Shown: positions 1 through 8,873 of the stretch, piece after piece
Layout: each line of letters starts with the position of its first letter
How positions within the stretch are numbered: the stretch's first letter is position 1
Assembly (NCBI RefSeq): GCF_000981445.1
Contig: NW_012237203.1
Location: forward strand, 1-45,585
Length of the DNA: 45,585 nucleotides
Direction: 5' to 3'
Origin: Babesia bigemina
Taxonomy: Eukaryota
Translations under genes and position numbers: made by a program
The notes under the pieces: generated by a model
Database searches by the model: none
What the model saw: only the letters and a program-made list of their open reading frames with translations
What the model was told of the DNA's origin: nothing

Positions 1-210
1 TAACATGGAGGAGTAAACATTTTTAAGCTCTTCAGTACTGTTAATTACAGCGATAATAGCCTTCACAACGGCTTTCTTAACACTCTCACTTTGACCAACA
101 AATCCGCCAAGCTGTGCAGCAAGGTGACCAAGGCTAATGAGCATGGAGTCAATGTCCTGCAAGGCTCTTCTAGTAGCATCGTCAGTGAGAGAATGGTCAG
201 TATCAGCAAG
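1..210 (-). pseudogene. ves1: 5' part of a ves1-like variant antigen copy (ves-0), runs off the window edge
   Basis: The minus frame 210->1 reads LADTDHSLTDDATRRALQDIDSMLISLGHLAAQLGGFVGQSESVKKAVVKAIIAVINSTEELKNVYSS, nearly the same as the N-terminus of the copy at 25530. There is an in-frame TAA at 211-213 and an apparent 1-nt deletion near position 8 relative to 25367-25383. Confidence 0.7.
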
Positions 211-396
211 TTATTATAAAGGTTTATAGAGGTCATAGCGTTAATAAGACGAAGTAATTCGAAAGATTTGGACTTAGGGTGAACATGGTCAGGGCAGTGG
301 CAAGAGGTGGAAGAGGGGAAGCGAAGGGTGACAAGGCACAAGTTATTATTGTGGTCTAAAGAGGTCATAGCCGTATTATAGCGAGGTAATTCGAGG
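211..396 (-). other. Shared leader between 22-bp satellite and ves ORF (long version, with internal ~55-bp duplication)
   Basis: Near-identical to 25579-25766. Its satellite-proximal ~100 bp recur at 8760-8873, 34700-34816 and 43620-43699. It contains the ATG of MTS(L/I)(D/N)HxNNLCL. Confidence 0.75.
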
Positions 397-1889
397 GATG
401 TGGAGTGGATAAAGGAGCGATGTGGAGTGGGTAAAGGGGCGATGTAGAGTGGGTAAAGGAGCGATGTAAGGTGGATAAAGGGGCGATGTAGAGTGGGTTA
501 AGGGGCGATGTAGAGTGGGTTAAGGGGCGATGTAGAGTGGGTTAAGGGGCGATGTGGAGTGGGATAGGGAGCGATGTAGAGTGGGTAAGGGGCGATGTAG
601 AGTGGGTTAGGGAGCGATGTAGAGTGGATAAAAGAGCGATGTGGAGTGTATTAGGGAGCGATGTAGAGTGGGTTAGGGAGCGATGTAGAGTGGATTAAGG
701 AGCGATGTAGAGTGGATAAAGGGGCGATGTGGAGTGGATAAAGGGGCGATGTGGAGTGGATAAAGGAGCGATGTAGAGTGGGTTAAGGGGCGATGTGGAG
801 TGGGTTAAGGGGCGATGTGGAGTGGGTTAGGGAGCGATGAAGAGTGGGTTAAGGGGCGATGTAGAGTGGGTTAAGGAGCGATGTGGAGTGGGTTAGGGAG
901 CGATGTAGAGTGGATAAAGGGCGATGTAGAGTGGATAAAGGGGCGATGTGGAGTGGATAAAGGAGCGATGTGGAGTGGGTTAGGGAGCGATGTAGAGTGG
1001 CTTAAGGAGCGATGTAGAGTGGCTTAAGGGGCGATGTAGAGTGGGTTAAGGGGCGATGTGGAGTGGATAAGGAGCGATGTAGAGTGGATAGAGGGGCGAT
1101 GTAGAGTGGGTTAAGGAGCGATGTAGAGTGGATAAAGGGGCGATGTAGAGTGGATAAAGGGGCGATGTAGAGTGGATAAGGGGCGATGTAGAGTGGATAA
1201 AGGGGCGATGTAGAGTACATTAGGGAGCGATGTAGAGTGGATAAAGGGGCGATGTAGAGTGGGTTAGGGAGCGATGTAGAGTGGGTAAGGGAGCGATGTG
1301 GAGTGGGTAAGGGAACGATGTGGAGTGGATAAAGGAGCGATGTAGAGTGGGTAAAGGGGCGATGTGAGCGATGTAGAGTGGGTTAGGGAGCGATGTGGAG
1401 TGGGTTAAGGGGCGATGTAGAGTGGGTTAGGGAGCGATGTAGAGTGGATAAAGGGGCGATGTAGAGTGGGTTAGGGAGCGAGGTAGAGTGGATTAAGGGG
1501 CGATGTAAGGTGGATAAAGGGGCGATGTAGAGTGGGTTAAGGGGCGATGTAGAGTTGATAAAGGGGCGATGTAGAGTGGGTTAGGGAGCGATGTGGAGTG
1601 GGTTAAGGGGCGATGTAGAGTGGATAAAGGGGCGATGTGGAGTGGGTTAAGGGGCGATGTAGAGTGGATAAGGAGCGATGTCAGGTGGGTTAAGGGGCGA
1701 TGTAGAGTGGGTTAAGGGGCGATGTAGAGTTGATAAAGGGGCGATGTAGAGTGGGTTAGGGAGCGATGTGGAGTGGGTTAAGGGGCGATGTAGAGTGGAT
1801 AAAGGGGCGATGTGGAGTGGGTTAAGGGGCGATGTAGAGTGGATAAGGAGCGATGTCAGGTGGGTTAAGGGGCGATGTGGAGTGGATGA
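397..1889. repeat. 22-bp G-rich minisatellite array 1, consensus GCGATGTAGAGTGG(G/A)T(T/A)A(A/G)GG(G/A)
   Basis: Direct inspection: GCGATG recurs every 22 bp (e.g. 483, 505, 527), with some 21-bp variants. Confidence 0.97.
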
Positions 1890-1912
1890 TAAATACCACT
1901 TAGCCCACCACT

Positions 1913-2865
1913 GTCATCGCTGCTGTAACCATGTCATCGCTGCCGTAAGCATGTCATCGCTGCCGTGACCATGTCATCGCTGCCGTGACCATGTCATCGC
2001 TGCCGTGACCACCTCATCGCTGCCGTGACCATGTCTCCGCTGCTGTAACCATGTCATCGCTCCTGTAACCATGTCATCGCTGCCGTGACCGTGTCATCGC
2101 TGCCGTGACCATGTCATCGCTGCCGTAACCATGTCATCGCTGCCGTGACCATGTCATCGCTGCCGTGACCATGTCATCGCTGCCGTGACCATGTCATCGC
2201 TGCCGTGTCCATATCATCGCTGCCGTGACCATCAACTGTCATCGCTGCCGTGTCCATGTCATCGCTGCCGTTACCATGTCACCACTTAGGTCACCACTGT
2301 CACCGCTGCCGTGTCCATGTCATCGCTGCCGTAACCATGTCATCGCTTCCGTGACCATGTCATCGCTGCCGTAACCATGTCATCGCTGCCGTGACCATGA
2401 CATCGCTGCCGTGTCCATGTCATCGCTGCCGTGACCATGTCATCGCTGCCGTGACCATATCATCGCTGCCGTGACCATGTCATCGCTGCTGTGTCCATGT
2501 CACCACTGCCGTAACAAGTAACCATGTCATCGCTGCCGTAACCATGTCATCGCTGCCGTGACCGAGACATCGCTGCCGTGACCATTTCACCGCTGCCGTA
2601 ACCATGTCATCGCTGCCGTGACCCTGTCATCGCTGCCGTGACCCTGTCATCGCTGCCGTGACCAAGACATCGCTGCCGTAACCATGTCATCGCTGCCGTG
2701 ACCATGTCATCGCTGTTGTAACCATGTCATCGCTGCCGTGACCAGGCCATCGCTGCCGTGACCATGTCATCGCTGCCGTGACCATGTCATCGCTGCCGTG
2801 TCCATGTCATCGCTGCCGTGACCATGTCATCGCTGCCGTGACCATGTCATTGCTGCCGTGACCAT
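1913..2865. repeat. 20-bp minisatellite CATGTCATCGCTGCCGTGAC
   Basis: Dozens of tandem, slightly variant copies seen directly. Confidence 0.95.
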
Positions 2866-2869
2866 CAAC

Positions 2870-2992
2870 TTGGTCAGGTGCTTGGTCATGGCATTGGTCA
2901 GCACTTTGGTCAGCACTTTGGTCAGCACATTGGTCAACACGTTGGTCAGCACTTTGGTCAGCACTTTGGTCAGCACTTTGGTCACCACTTTA
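2870..2992. repeat. 12-bp repeat TTGGTCAGCACT / TTGGTCATGGCA
   Basis: About 10 tandem copies. Same family as 12295-12555, 27765-27980 and 36850-37660. Confidence 0.9.
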
Positions 2993-3113
2993 GTTAACTA
3001 TTACACAATCACATACAACAATTAATGAGTGATACGAAACATTAAAGCACAATTCATAAGTTAGGTGAGTAGGTGATGCTAGGTGAGTGTAGACAGTAAT
3101 CACGTGAGTACGA
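2990..3113 (-). other. Conserved 3' flank (putative 3' UTR) of NKLNRVFYLQP-type ves genes
   Basis: Highly similar to 37656-37780, directly after the stop codon of the other gene with the same C-terminus. Confidence 0.7.
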
Positions 3114-6100
3114 TTATGGTTGCAGGTAAAACACTCTGTTAAGCTTGTTAACACGAGCAGCGGCGAGTAGTGACTGAGCAGCGATACGATGCGATGATGG
3201 TGAGTGCAGATGCGATTTGATGTGGAGGAGGTCTAGGCGGATGACCATGATGTAGAGGAGGTCTAGGCGGATGACCATGATGTAGAGGAGGTAGAGGAAG
3301 GAGAGGAGCCAGAGGGCTAGAGTTAGTGACATGAAGGGGAATCGGATATAATATAGGAAGTTGTCACACTCTTCGAACAACTTTTGGAAATATTGCGAAT
3401 TCAAAACATTCTTCAACTGACTACAGAAATCAGAGCACTTCTTCGGCGATTGACTGTCATTCAGCGTCGACGCTTCGCCGAATACAAATCCATACTGGTA
3501 GAGCGTTGGTGCGACACCTTTGCAGTCGACGATAGAAGGGCATTGGCAATCAGCAGATGGCTTCTCTTTATCAACAACACCATGCTCCCCCTTCTTGCAC
3601 GAATCCCCCCTCAGACATCCACGGCATCCCCAGTCCTGGCAGTTGATGGAGCAGAAGGCGTTGTAGAGATTGTTGAGCAGATCCCAGAATGTCCATGGGA
3701 GGTAGATGGCCCAGGAGAGGTACGTATTGGAGTTCTTAAATGGCAGACATGTGTATGCGTTTCTGCTGAGTGGCGAGATATACGGAGCGCAGTGTTTCTT
3801 GCTTCCCTTACATGTGTCGAACGATGTGAGATGCAGCAGATGGTGATGCTCACAGCTGCGATGATTAGAGGACTCAGAACCGTACGCGTCACGAAGTGCA
3901 TCTGTGAGTTCGTTAGGTTTATCATATAGTTGGATAGACAGGCTTTCAGCGGACGCTTCGAAAGCATATTGAACATCACTTTTACCTACGCTGTTTGATA
4001 AATCAATCCAACCACGCACAAGACACGAAACGAAGTCAAAGTGTTCCGGCAGCGTTTTTGGTGTTGTAGGTGATAGGCCAAACAGGGTATGAATATTTGC
4101 GATACCTAAGAATTCCCCGATGACGGCGGACAGGTAGGAGCCTGTCTTGGTCGACCCGGAGAAGCCCCGGAAGCCGAGCGGAGTGATACAGGGCATTCCT
4201 GGCTTGCCCTTAGGACATGTATTACACTCAGCTCTGCAGCCGATGGACGTTACAGAATGTGGCAGATGGCCGGTAAGGGAGTCGGATAGGTAAGACTGAA
4301 GTGGAGACGTTGGCCGGCAATTTGGTTGGCACTTAGGTCCGCACGTTGGTTGACACTTTGGTTCGCACCTAGCTTTGCCCTTTGAGTGCTCCTTGCACGG
4401 CCACTTGGATGACGCTACATTCTTACCGTACAGGCACTTCAACCAACCATTTTCGGACGCTGGTTGACCGCACTGCATGAACAGGAATTTCAGCGGCGGG
4501 AAAATGCGACGGAGTATGTCCAGCAACGTGTCGAGGCAGTCGGCAGGGTTCGATGGATACTGCAAACCAAGGGAGTTGTTAGGGAACTCGCACGCGTAGT
4601 ACGTTGCCTCGTCACCGGTGCCGACGAAGGTGGTCAGCAGGGCGTACGAGGTTTCGCAAATTTCTTTGATGGCGATATTGACATCGTCATGTGTAATGCG
4701 ATGGGGAGATGCGTCAATGGACACAACTTTTTTGATGGACGGATCGATTTTATCAGCCACTTCGAACAACGATTTAACGTGCCCCTTCAGCTTCCCGTAA
4801 ACACCATTGTGCGGGAGACCGGTCAGCCAGCACAGCATCTCGTTAACGGAGCACGGGTGTCTCTTTGAGGGAGCGCCGAGGTGGCAGACGGCGAAGTAAT
4901 CGTAGAGGTAACTAAATAGGTCAGAGAGTCGACCTCCCTCCTCAACCTCCACGACGGATATGTCATCGGAATCGGAGCGAAGAGCAGGATGTGACTTTGT
5001 ACTAGTAACGAATAACTTATATGTTTGGTTATTAAGATGATCCAAAATACGTCCACCATCGCACTCCGTCCGGTGATTCAACTCGCCATGTTTAGAGCCG
5101 ACCGGCAGACCAGGATCGTAACCGTGCTCAGAGAAGAACAGCCGATGGAGGCTGTGATGGGATGCATCTTTATTATATATGTTGTACTTCTTCCACTTCC
5201 CGTCTTCGTTGTCAAGCTTCTCTTTGAGCTCACTTAGTGAGTCGGTCACCATAGGCACTATGCTCAGACATACTTTGGCGCACTTCCGGCCGTACTCGGT
5301 TAATGTGACTTTTGCGTCCTTGGTTGTAGTCAACGCATCTTTGAACGTTTCCATCGAATACCGCGATATGTACTGCTTCTGCAACTCGGTGACGAAACCG
5401 GTCATTCCATGTTTCAGTATGTCTCCCAACTCGGGATGGTGGGTGTTCTGAAATTGCTTAGGTGCGAATGACGTTAATTTGGTTGTAAGGTTTCCTAAGT
5501 TTCTACTGAAAGTGTGGTCAAATTGCTTCGAAGCGTAGAGGTCGTCGAGGAGCGTATGGGAAAGAAGGGAGATTGACCGGACGTCGCTTTTGAGTGCGCT
5601 GTCGCCGGAGACTTGGCCTTTGATATAATCCATGAGCGGGGTGAGGAACTTGTTGAGATTGAAGGACATTGATGCGAGATCATTGTCACGTGGAATTTGG
5701 GAAAACATATTTGAATGCCAGTACATTCGTTTCATCAAACCCTTGATGCCGGAGTCTTCGTCGGTTGTAATCGTAGTGATTATATTTTGGTTGTGGGTGG
5801 CGAACGTGGATTTCAACATCTCGTACAGCGCATCAATTTTTTCAAGGTATTTCGTCTGTATCTTCGTCCTCACAGCCTTCTCAGCTGCCGTGATTTTCTC
5901 CTCAAATTCCTTTTGAGTCTTGGTGATGTAGTCCACTGCTTGTTGCTCGGCTTCATTGAGAATGGTGTCAACATGGTTTCTTAAATTTTTTAAATGTGTG
6001 ACGTTCAAATCAAGCACGTAAGTATGAATCTTCTTAAGACCTTTAGCGGATGTGCCTTCCCAGACATCTTGATCACCGAAAATGCCATTGTCTCTTAGAT

Positions 6101-8723
6101 CTGTCAATCTGTTTATGACGTCATTCCTCTGACCTCCTGTGAGCTTTAATTCGCTTTGAAGGTTTTGAAGCTGTCGTCTAATTGATTGGATGCTTTCGGT
6201 TATATTACTGGTTTTGGGAAGACTACTTTTTTGCATACCGCTTATTTTCTCTTTAATCCCATCAAGGCATCTGTCATCTGTAATATCCTTTCCAATCTTT
6301 GCTCCCAGGCATCTCAATTTGTCGAGTACGCCTTCATTTGGTATATCATGAAGGTCTTCAGTTTTCAATAATTTCTTGAGCGCATCAGTGAACTCATCAA
6401 GCGCTGTCGTAACGGCGCTGTGCAAGTCGGCAATTTCTCTGTCAACAGTGACACTGGGATCTCCACTATATTTTCTGAAATCGGTCACTTTAAGTTCCTC
6501 CATCTTCTTAAAAATATCCTCAATCTGGTCGTTCAGTTTTGCTTTACCGCTGCCCTCATTTCCAATGCCAGCTTTTCCTTTGTAATTTATCATGAGACTC
6601 TGAACATTCGTAGGTCGTGTATGCGCATCGTTGAACGGCGTCGTAACCTGTTCTTCGATTGCCTCAACCTGATTGGCAAATGACCCGATGCCACCGCCTG
6701 GAAGAAGACCCTGCAAAATTTTTCCGGAAAGCGCCTCAGCTGTCTTCGTAGCAGTATGTAACTCTTTTACGATGCTGGTTGGTTTTTCGGTGCCCACCGT
6801 TTCTAGAATGAGCCAATCGATATCTGCAGCAGCGTGGTTAGCTCTACTAACGAGTCTCTGGAGTATATATTCGGAGGCTGCTTTAAGATCAGATTGAGAG
6901 AATCCAGCGCTAGGCGAATGCAAACCATCGCGGCTTTCAATGGCCTGAACTATAGCCTCAGCCAGCAATCTAAGTTGCGCAATCTCCCTAACCTTTTCCC
7001 CAAGTAAAGTTGCAAATTTAAGGCAGACATCCTTCATAGCTTGCAAATCTGATTCAACCGTATCTCGTCCGTCTGTGAAACCACCCATGGCATTTTTTAT
7101 GACATCTGCCTGAAGCACTTTTTTAATTGCTTTCTGCATCGTTTCATGCAATGTGAGATCTTTGCCATTCAGATATGAATCCACATCACCCTTGAAAATG
7201 CTACTATTTTCCTTAACATAACTTGTCAGCCTATTCCGCACCACAGCATCTTCCATAATAATGCCGGCAACCCATCCCTTCAAAACCTTATCGCCAAACT
7301 TATCATGAGTAAACTTCTTTGCATACTCTTTCACTGCTTCTTCGGTTAATTTCATACCATTGTTACCGCCAACCTCACCACTAACAATCTTAGTAACGTC
7401 CCCTTTAATGGGAGTGAGGATAGCATCCCTAACATGCTTCTTTAAACTCCTCGCAATATTGCCTCTCAAAGCATCCAGATCATCTTTAATCTTTGAATCA
7501 AGATCATTAAGCGTCAGCAGTGCAGCATTTTTCGCATCCTGAACGGCAATCCTTGCAGACTCATAACACTTCTTAAGCGTAATTGTTTTCGACTGCAATG
7601 ACCTGGCAGCGCTTTTAATCTTCTCCTTACGTCTATCTCCACCGTATGTACTGCCATTCACGATTTCCAGTGCCTCCATAGCCTTCTTCTCAGCTTCGGC
7701 ACGGAATCGTTCTGCTCCCTCAATGCAATCCTGTAAACGCGCAACAGTTTTGCCAAGTTCTTCATTTGCACTGGTAATGAATTGATTTGAGACTTCAATT
7801 TTCATTACTTCACCTCCCAGCGTATTATCAGCTTTTTTAGAAGCATCCAACGCTTTATGGACTTTCTCAGCAATTTTTATAGCTTCATCCACAACGCCTC
7901 CTGCCGTCTCAATCCATGACTTCAACGCCGTAATGGCCTCTTGTACTTTTCCCTCCACGAATTTAATTTTCTCATCAATCTGCTTCCCACAATCCTTTCT
8001 TAGCTCTCCAGCTTTCACTATGGCGTCTCCTGCAGTAAGTGTGATATCATTTCTCAAGTCATCAAACTTATTTTCCGCCAAGGTCAAAAGCGCGTGAAGT
8101 TCTGAGTTAGTTGCCGATGCGACAAATTTGTTAACATTAATATCTATAGCATTGTAATCGTCCTTTAACTTGTTTTTTAAGTTCTCATCGAGCGTTGAAA
8201 ATTTCTCTTCTACCCTGTTCATCTGCTCGGGAAACTGCTGAGCCGCCTGAATGCATAGGTGCAACCTACCAGCAACTTCAAATTCTTTACCTACATCGGC
8301 AGTCTTAAGCTCACCAATAACATTGTTAAACGGCTCAATATGTTGATTATTGAGCTTTTCTAACTCTTTTTTCAAACCGTCACTGTGCCCAGTAAACCCA
8401 TCAACATGGTAACTAATGCCCCTGGAGACAGTGCCAACAACACCTCGAAGGCCGGCTTTACCTTCCGCTGTTTTCAGCTTTCTAATTGCTTCAGATAGAG
8501 TGTAAAAATATTTTACGAGGTTTTTGTTTTTTTGGACATCCTTAAGCACCTGATACAAAAATCCCATCACTCCGTCACACAGCCTATCCAGGTCGGAGTA
8601 CACAATACCACTGCCGTCGTATCCTTTGGAGGATGGATTGAAGCCGAGGAAGGTTTCGAGGCCGGAACAGAGGTTATTAAGGATGTTAGTAGGGTTGTAA
8701 TTTGAGGTATTTTTAAGGTTCAA
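3114..8723 (-). CDS. ves1: ves1-like variant erythrocyte surface antigen (ves-A), ~1870-codon open frame; 5' start not intact
   Basis: Has the LCSGLETFLGF...GIVYSDLDRLCDGVM block, a long helical variable region, a Cys-rich region (CQPxCxPxSPLQSYL, CxTPLGFRGFSGS), a C-terminal TM (FMSLTLALWLLSFLYLL) and the tail HLHSPSSHRIAAQSLLAAARVNKLNRVFYLQP, recognised as Babesia VESA1-like. The track start is TTG. The upstream in-frame ATG at 8846 is cut off by TAA at 8727-8729. Confidence 0.8.
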   Translation of the reverse strand: MNLKNTSNYNPTNILNNLCSGLETFLGFNPSSKGYDGSGIVYSDLDRLCDGVMGFLYQVLKDVQKNKNLVKYFYTLSEAIRKLKTAEGKAGLRGVVGTVSRGISYHVDGFTGHSDGLKKELEKLNNQHIEPFNNVIGELKTADVGKEFEVAGRLHLCIQAAQQFPEQMNRVEEKFSTLDENLKNKLKDDYNAIDINVNKFVASATNSELHALLTLAENKFDDLRNDITLTAGDAIVKAGELRKDCGKQIDEKIKFVEGKVQEAITALKSWIETAGGVVDEAIKIAEKVHKALDASKKADNTLGGEVMKIEVSNQFITSANEELGKTVARLQDCIEGAERFRAEAEKKAMEALEIVNGSTYGGDRRKEKIKSAARSLQSKTITLKKCYESARIAVQDAKNAALLTLNDLDSKIKDDLDALRGNIARSLKKHVRDAILTPIKGDVTKIVSGEVGGNNGMKLTEEAVKEYAKKFTHDKFGDKVLKGWVAGIIMEDAVVRNRLTSYVKENSSIFKGDVDSYLNGKDLTLHETMQKAIKKVLQADVIKNAMGGFTDGRDTVESDLQAMKDVCLKFATLLGEKVREIAQLRLLAEAIVQAIESRDGLHSPSAGFSQSDLKAASEYILQRLVSRANHAAADIDWLILETVGTEKPTSIVKELHTATKTAEALSGKILQGLLPGGGIGSFANQVEAIEEQVTTPFNDAHTRPTNVQSLMINYKGKAGIGNEGSGKAKLNDQIEDIFKKMEELKVTDFRKYSGDPSVTVDREIADLHSAVTTALDEFTDALKKLLKTEDLHDIPNEGVLDKLRCLGAKIGKDITDDRCLDGIKEKISGMQKSSLPKTSNITESIQSIRRQLQNLQSELKLTGGQRNDVINRLTDLRDNGIFGDQDVWEGTSAKGLKKIHTYVLDLNVTHLKNLRNHVDTILNEAEQQAVDYITKTQKEFEEKITAAEKAVRTKIQTKYLEKIDALYEMLKSTFATHNQNIITTITTDEDSGIKGLMKRMYWHSNMFSQIPRDNDLASMSFNLNKFLTPLMDYIKGQVSGDSALKSDVRSISLLSHTLLDDLYASKQFDHTFSRNLGNLTTKLTSFAPKQFQNTHHPELGDILKHGMTGFVTELQKQYISRYSMETFKDALTTTKDAKVTLTEYGRKCAKVCLSIVPMVTDSLSELKEKLDNEDGKWKKYNIYNKDASHHSLHRLFFSEHGYDPGLPVGSKHGELNHRTECDGGRILDHLNNQTYKLFVTSTKSHPALRSDSDDISVVEVEEGGRLSDLFSYLYDYFAVCHLGAPSKRHPCSVNEMLCWLTGLPHNGVYGKLKGHVKSLFEVADKIDPSIKKVVSIDASPHRITHDDVNIAIKEICETSYALLTTFVGTGDEATYYACEFPNNSLGLQYPSNPADCLDTLLDILRRIFPPLKFLFMQCGQPASENGWLKCLYGKNVASSKWPCKEHSKGKARCEPKCQPTCGPKCQPNCRPTSPLQSYLSDSLTGHLPHSVTSIGCRAECNTCPKGKPGMPCITPLGFRGFSGSTKTGSYLSAVIGEFLGIANIHTLFGLSPTTPKTLPEHFDFVSCLVRGWIDLSNSVGKSDVQYAFEASAESLSIQLYDKPNELTDALRDAYGSESSNHRSCEHHHLLHLTSFDTCKGSKKHCAPYISPLSRNAYTCLPFKNSNTYLSWAIYLPWTFWDLLNNLYNAFCSINCQDWGCRGCLRGDSCKKGEHGVVDKEKPSADCQCPSIVDCKGVAPTLYQYGFVFGEASTLNDSQSPKKCSDFCSQLKNVLNSQYFQKLFEECDNFLYYIRFPFMSLTLALWLLSFLYLLYIMVIRLDLLYIMVIRLDLLHIKSHLHSPSSHRIAAQSLLAAARVNKLNRVFYLQP

Positions 8724-8873
8724 AATTTAGTCGAATTTCTTGTAAAGCTCCCTAGGCGGCACATGGTCAGGGCAGTGGCAAGAGGTGGAAGAGGGCAAGG
8801 GAAGGGTGTCAAGGCACAAGTTATTATTGTGGTCTAAAGAGGTCATAGCGGTATTATGGCGAGGTAATTCGAG

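Noticed and set aside
63..368. 101-aa and 141-aa (25314-25739) MTS...NNLCL ORFs as independent genes
   Set aside because: They are the leader frame running out of phase over the ves coding sequence. Length and stops differ among the five copies.
397..2865. Possible CRISPR array
   Set aside because: The units are contiguous with no unique spacers, there are no cas genes, and the context is eukaryotic.
3384..7542. Numerous short plus-strand and alternate-frame ORFs overlapping ves and RT genes
   Set aside because: These are antisense or shadow frames of long ORFs, mostly with non-ATG starts and no recognisable motifs.
8675..8700. TACTAAC branch-point-like motif near the 5' end of ves-A and ves-C
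   Set aside because: It overlaps codons PTN next to the LCSGLETFLGF block, which is internal coding sequence in ves-B and ves-D. A downstream acceptor would remove conserved residues.
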